DNA of 64,000 bases from an uncultured Bacillota bacterium (GTDB lineage: Bacteria; Bacillota; Clostridia; Christensenellales; UBA1242): assembly GCA_949292985.1 (NCBI GenBank), contig CASFBF010000010.1, positions 164,585-228,584 of the forward strand, written 5' to 3'. The notes beneath the pieces were generated by a model. It did no database searches, was not told the origin of the DNA, and saw only the letters and a program-made list of their open reading frames with translations. Made by a program: the position numbers and the translations under genes. Shown one piece after another: positions 59,863 to 64,000 of the stretch. The number at the start of each line of letters is the position of its first letter. Positions within the stretch are counted from its first letter, which is position 1.

Positions 59863-61671
59863 TCATTTTTTTTCAAAATACTTTTTAATTTCTATCGCAA
59901 GCGCTTCATGGATTCCTGGCACTATTTTTAGTTCGTCAACGCTCGCGTTTTTTATTTGCTCAATTCCTCCAAAGGCATGCATAAGTGCCTCCGCCTTTTT
60001 TGCTCCAAGGCCTTTTATGTTTTCAAGTTCGCTGTGAGTTTGCATTTTGCTTCTAACTTGCCTATGAAAAGTTATTGCAAAACGGTGCGCTTCATCTCTA
60101 ATCCTTTGCAAAATCTTTAATTCTGCGCTTCCCGGTTTTAATAATATTGGCAGGCTTTGATGCGGCACAAAAACTTCCTCAATTCGCTTTGCCAATGAAA
60201 TAATGGGTATATTTAATCCGCTCTCTTGTAAAATTTCTAAACAAGACGAAAGTTGGCCTTTACCGCCATCGATGATTAAAAGTTCTGGCATTTCTTTAAA
60301 ACTTTCACCATCCTGATCTTTAAGCCTTTTAAGTCTGCGCTTTAAAGCCTCCTGCAAACAAGCAAAATCGTTTGAACCTTGAACTGTTTTAATTTTAAAT
60401 TTTCGATAGTCTTTCTTCGACGGCTCTCCACCTTTGAAAACAACCATTGAAGCAACTTTATTTGTTCCACTTATGTGAGAAATATCATAACATTCCATAC
60501 GATTTGGAAACTGGGGTAAATTAAGCGCAAGTTGAAGTTTTTCCAGTGCACCAAAAGTGTTTGCATATTTGATTTTGTTTTTCTCAATATGTTTTTCTAG
60601 ATAATCTTTTGCGTTTTCTTTTGCCATATTAAGAAGCGTTAAATTTATGCCATGCGGGTTTACAATTATTTTACTTTTTTTATTTAACACACTAAACAAT
60701 AAATTTTCGTCTTCAACAACATGGCTTAAAATAATTTCATCAGGAACCATTAGATTTTCATAATATTGAATTAAAAAGTTGAACAAAGTTTGTCCTTCTT
60801 CTAAACTTGCGTCATCGCACGGATAATTCATGACACCTAATATTTTACCGCCACGAATAACCATTGATGTGATAACGCCATTTAGTCCATCAGTAACATA
60901 AGCAAACACATCTTTGTTAACATTTTTTGGAAGATTTGTCACAACACGCTGTTTCAATTTGGCAACCATTTTTAGTCGTTCTCGATACATCAGCGCACTT
61001 TCAAAATTTTCGTTGTCTGCGGACTCTTTCATTTTTGTAGTTAAAACGCTCTCTATTTCTTCATCATTTCCGTTTAAAAAGTTTATAACTTTTTTAATTC
61101 TCTCGGCATACTCCTGTTTATTTACTCGTTTTGTGCATGGTGCACAACATAGTCCAAGAAAAAAGTTCAAGCACTCTCGTTTCGCAACAGAAGTTTCACT
61201 TATTTTTAAATTACAAGTTCTAAGCCCAAAAGCAGAGTTGGCAGTTTTTACTATTTCGCCTGCGTTTAATCCTGCAAAATAAGGCCCAAAATATTTATAT
61301 CCTTTTTTGCCAACTCTTCTTAAAATTTGCAATTTTGGAAAAGGGTCGCTCATATTTATTGCAATATATGGAAAAGCCTTTCCGTCTTTAAGAAGTATGT
61401 TGTAATGTGGCTGATATTTTTTTATCAAATTGCTTTCAAGCGCAAGTGCATCTCTTTCAGAAACTGTTATAAAATATTCAAAATCATCAATGTTTTCCAC
61501 CATTGCCTGAACCTTACTTGGCTTTGGTGAATTTCTAAAATATTGGCTTACTCTGTTTTTTAAGTTTTTTGCTTTTCCAACATAAATGACAGCACCGCTT
61601 GAATTCTTCATAACATAAACGCCACTTTTTGTTGGAAGCATTTTTAATTTATTTTTTATTGTTTCATTCAT
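59863..61671 (-). CDS. uvrC: Excinuclease ABC subunit C
   Basis: GIY-YIG (GVYVM..IYVGKAKNLKNRV), ECYDISH, IDGGKGQ, RDEAHRFA, HhH. Confidence 0.97.
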   Translation of the reverse strand: MNETIKNKLKMLPTKSGVYVMKNSSGAVIYVGKAKNLKNRVSQYFRNSPKPSKVQAMVENIDDFEYFITVSERDALALESNLIKKYQPHYNILLKDGKAFPYIAINMSDPFPKLQILRRVGKKGYKYFGPYFAGLNAGEIVKTANSAFGLRTCNLKISETSVAKRECLNFFLGLCCAPCTKRVNKQEYAERIKKVINFLNGNDEEIESVLTTKMKESADNENFESALMYRERLKMVAKLKQRVVTNLPKNVNKDVFAYVTDGLNGVITSMVIRGGKILGVMNYPCDDASLEEGQTLFNFLIQYYENLMVPDEIILSHVVEDENLLFSVLNKKSKIIVNPHGINLTLLNMAKENAKDYLEKHIEKNKIKYANTFGALEKLQLALNLPQFPNRMECYDISHISGTNKVASMVVFKGGEPSKKDYRKFKIKTVQGSNDFACLQEALKRRLKRLKDQDGESFKEMPELLIIDGGKGQLSSCLEILQESGLNIPIISLAKRIEEVFVPHQSLPILLKPGSAELKILQRIRDEAHRFAITFHRQVRSKMQTHSELENIKGLGAKKAEALMHAFGGIEQIKNASVDELKIVPGIHEALAIEIKKYFEKK

Positions 61672-62318
61672 TTTTTGATAATACTATATACTTGTTCAGC
61701 AATATCTTCGGGTAATCTAATATTGCCGTCTTTAAAACAATTTATTTTGTTAAAATTAAACATTTTTTCAATTTTTAAATAGGTTGCCTCTGCCTTATTT
61801 AAATATTCATCATCTTGCTCATGCCCGTCTGCTCTTTCTTTGCGGCTCGCACGCAATTTTTTTATTGCGCTAACTGTAAGATATAAAAATATTGCTTTAT
61901 CAGGTTTAGGTAAACCAAGCATATCAAATTCCAAGGTGGAAATAAAATTAAAAAATTTTTCCTGCTCAGATTCTGGCAATTTGCAACCTTGATGAGCCAT
62001 GTTGGAATAAACATATCTATCCAAAATAACATAGTCATTTTCTTTAAGCGCTTTTGCGATTGTTTCAGCGTTATATTTTTTATCCGCAGCAAAGAAAAGC
62101 GAGGCAACATATGGGTCTACATTTGAAGCCCCCTCTTCGAAATAACTGTTATTATCTTTACCTAAATATTGTCTGCCTATTATCTTCCCAGTTGGCGAAC
62201 TATAAAAAGGATAACTAAACCTTGCAACTTTTTTGCCATCTTCAATAAGTTTTTGTTCAAGCAGTTTAGATTGCGTTTCCTTTCCTGAACAATCCACCCC
62301 TTCGATTGTAATAAGCAT
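61668..62318 (-). CDS. tmk: Thymidylate kinase
   Basis: IEGVDCSGKETQ, LDRYVYSNMAHQG, PKPD. Confidence 0.9.
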   Translation of the reverse strand: MLITIEGVDCSGKETQSKLLEQKLIEDGKKVARFSYPFYSSPTGKIIGRQYLGKDNNSYFEEGASNVDPYVASLFFAADKKYNAETIAKALKENDYVILDRYVYSNMAHQGCKLPESEQEKFFNFISTLEFDMLGLPKPDKAIFLYLTVSAIKKLRASRKERADGHEQDDEYLNKAEATYLKIEKMFNFNKINCFKDGNIRLPEDIAEQVYSIIKK

Positions 62319-62321
62319 TTT

Positions 62322-63617
62322 TCACCTCAGTAAATTTAATAATTCTTGTTTTGTTAATGATTGTTGTTGTGATGAAGCCATATCTTTTACGGCAATAATT
62401 CCACTTTGCACTTCATTTTCGCCTATGATAGCAACAAATGGAACGCCACGCTTGTTTGCCTCTTTAAGTTTTGATTTAAAACTTTTATTTTCCGCATACA
62501 CTTCGGCACAAATATTGTTTTGTTGTAAAAACGAAACTAGGTTTAAACACTCTTTGAGTGTCTCACCCATAGGAATTACTGCACACTTGCAAAACTCAAC
62601 TTTTTCTTGTGATGATTGTTCGATAATGTCAAACAATCTGCTCATTCCTATGCTCATGCCAACGCCGGGAAGTTTTCTTTGAGTAAAATACCCTGCAAGG
62701 TCATCATATCTTCCTCCGCCACCAACTGCGCCAGCAACTCTGTTGTTTGCAAGATAGGCTTCAAAAACTGTGCCTGTATAATAATTATGTCCACGAATTA
62801 CACCAAAATTAAATTTATAATCTTGTTCAGTTAATCCCATTGCCTTTAAATATTCATCAATGCTTTTTAACTCATCAATGCCCTGCATAAAAACTTCATC
62901 ATTTGACAACTTGCTTGCACTTTGCAAAATCTGGCTGTTCCCAGACATTTTGATTAAATCAATCAGTTTACTAATTTGGTTTTTATCTAATCCTAATTGG
63001 GTCAGACTTTCTGCCACATTATCTTCACCAATCTTGTCAAGTTTATCAAGACAGATTGCAATATCAGAAAACTTGTCGCCTAAACCTAAACCATTTACCA
63101 ATCCAAACAAAACTTTTCTGTTAGAAATTTCGGTTTGCACCGCAAGGTTTAAATTTTGAAAAATGTCTTTATACATTTTAACGCATTCTGCATCGTTTAC
63201 AAGTGAAAGTTCGCCATCACCAATTATGTCTGCATCGCATTGATAAAATTCTCTCAGTCTACCTTTTTGTGGTCGTTCACCCCTATACACCTTGCCAATT
63301 TGATAACGCTTAAAAGGAAAAGAAAGTGTGTTTTCATTCATAGCAACAAATCTTGCAAGAGGAACAGTTAAATCATACCTAAGGCAAGCATCTGTTGAAC
63401 CTTTAACAAATCTGTATATTTCTTTATCAATGTCGCCCCCGCTTTTAGCAAGCAAAATTTCTGAAAGTTCCATTGCCGGAGTATCAAGCGGTAAAAAACA
63501 ATGCTTTTTAAAAATCTCTTTAATTTTTTCAAGCATTTCTTCAAATATAACCTGTTTTTCTGGTGCGAGTTCCCAAAACCCTTGAAGTTTTCTCGGCACA
63601 ATCTTTTTCTCTGTCAA
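62322..63617 (-). CDS. hisS: Histidine--tRNA ligase
   Basis: LRYDLTVPLAR, RGERPQKGRLREFYQCDAD, RGHNYYTG, GGGRYD; TTG 63617 with AGGAG RBS. Confidence 0.96.
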   Translation of the reverse strand: MTEKKIVPRKLQGFWELAPEKQVIFEEMLEKIKEIFKKHCFLPLDTPAMELSEILLAKSGGDIDKEIYRFVKGSTDACLRYDLTVPLARFVAMNENTLSFPFKRYQIGKVYRGERPQKGRLREFYQCDADIIGDGELSLVNDAECVKMYKDIFQNLNLAVQTEISNRKVLFGLVNGLGLGDKFSDIAICLDKLDKIGEDNVAESLTQLGLDKNQISKLIDLIKMSGNSQILQSASKLSNDEVFMQGIDELKSIDEYLKAMGLTEQDYKFNFGVIRGHNYYTGTVFEAYLANNRVAGAVGGGGRYDDLAGYFTQRKLPGVGMSIGMSRLFDIIEQSSQEKVEFCKCAVIPMGETLKECLNLVSFLQQNNICAEVYAENKSFKSKLKEANKRGVPFVAIIGENEVQSGIIAVKDMASSQQQSLTKQELLNLLR

Positions 63618-63762
63618 AATAATTCTCCTGTTAATTCTCATTTAGTGTATAACATTGAAAGCAAATTGTCAAATGAATGGGCGGTTGTAAGTACTTTAAA
63701 AAATCAAAAAACAGGCATTGCATAGTACGCCTGTTAATAATATAAAACCAAAAGTATATATA

Positions 63763-63829
63763 GCAAAAGTTATCACAAGAAGCGCGAACTTGCTTGCAAG
63801 AGTGAGCACGACGAAGTGACATCTTTTGC
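63763..63829. repeat. Long imperfect palindrome (REP-like hairpin)
   Basis: GCAAAAG..TCAC..GCGAACT-TGCTTGCAAG-AGTGAGC..GTGA..CTTTTGC. Confidence 0.7.
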
Positions 63830-63906
63830 AGCGTTGCAACGTTTGAAAAAACGTTGCGTTGTCCTCTTGCCAGAGGGCAAAAATGCGCAGCATTGCCCTG
63901 CAAAAG

Positions 63907-63990
63907 TTATCCACATTTCCACACTTAAATATTTATGCAAAACTGCTTATTTTTATACAAAATGACGGTTTATGGGGACAATGTGGGCAA
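63907..63990. promoter_or_regulatory. DnaA-box cluster
   Basis: Perfect TTATCCACA at 63907..63915 plus degenerate boxes (ATTTCCACA 63915, TTATACAAA 63953, TGGGGACAA 63973, TGTGGGCAA 63982). Confidence 0.55.
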
Positions 63991-64000
63991 CTTTGGGTAA

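Noticed and set aside
63501-63914. Short ORFs in the right-edge intergenic region
   Set aside because: They run through palindromes and DnaA boxes with no RBS or recognisable protein features.
1-64000. Prophage, IS element or integrase; non-standard genetic code
   Set aside because: No phage structural, transposase or recombinase ORF was recognised; TGA terminates conserved genes such as argS and ychF at the expected positions, consistent with code 11.

Overview
Low-GC chromosomal segment of a spore-forming Firmicute, most likely an uncultured Clostridia member (inference from sigH, a SpoVB-like flippase, DUF1540 and gene content). Most genes are housekeeping and lie on the minus strand: rpmG-secE-nusG-rplK-rplA, pgk-tpiA-dnaX-ybaB-recR-argS, rpsF-ssb-rpsR-rpmE-prmC-prfA, secA, gyrB-gyrA-metG, hisS-tmk-uvrC. 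A DnaA-box cluster at the right edge suggests oriC is nearby. Accessory content includes a ~2900-aa surface protein, several unassigned proteins, ABC exporters and a small defence-like cluster (KwaA-like membrane protein, kinase-Ham1 fusion, DUF4011 helicase-nuclease). The most notable signals are three. (1) A tandem array of three 116-118 bp units behind tRNA-fMet, each made of a terminator, a 61-nt attC-like hairpin and a copy of the tRNA 3' end. (2) A palindromic insert that duplicates the 5' end of tRNA-Arg, with a related hairpin near the right edge. (3) dnaX split at an A9 run, consistent with programmed -1 frameshifting or transcriptional slippage. No CRISPR array, integrase, transposase or rRNA was recognised. 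All family assignments come from motif recognition by eye, not database searches.
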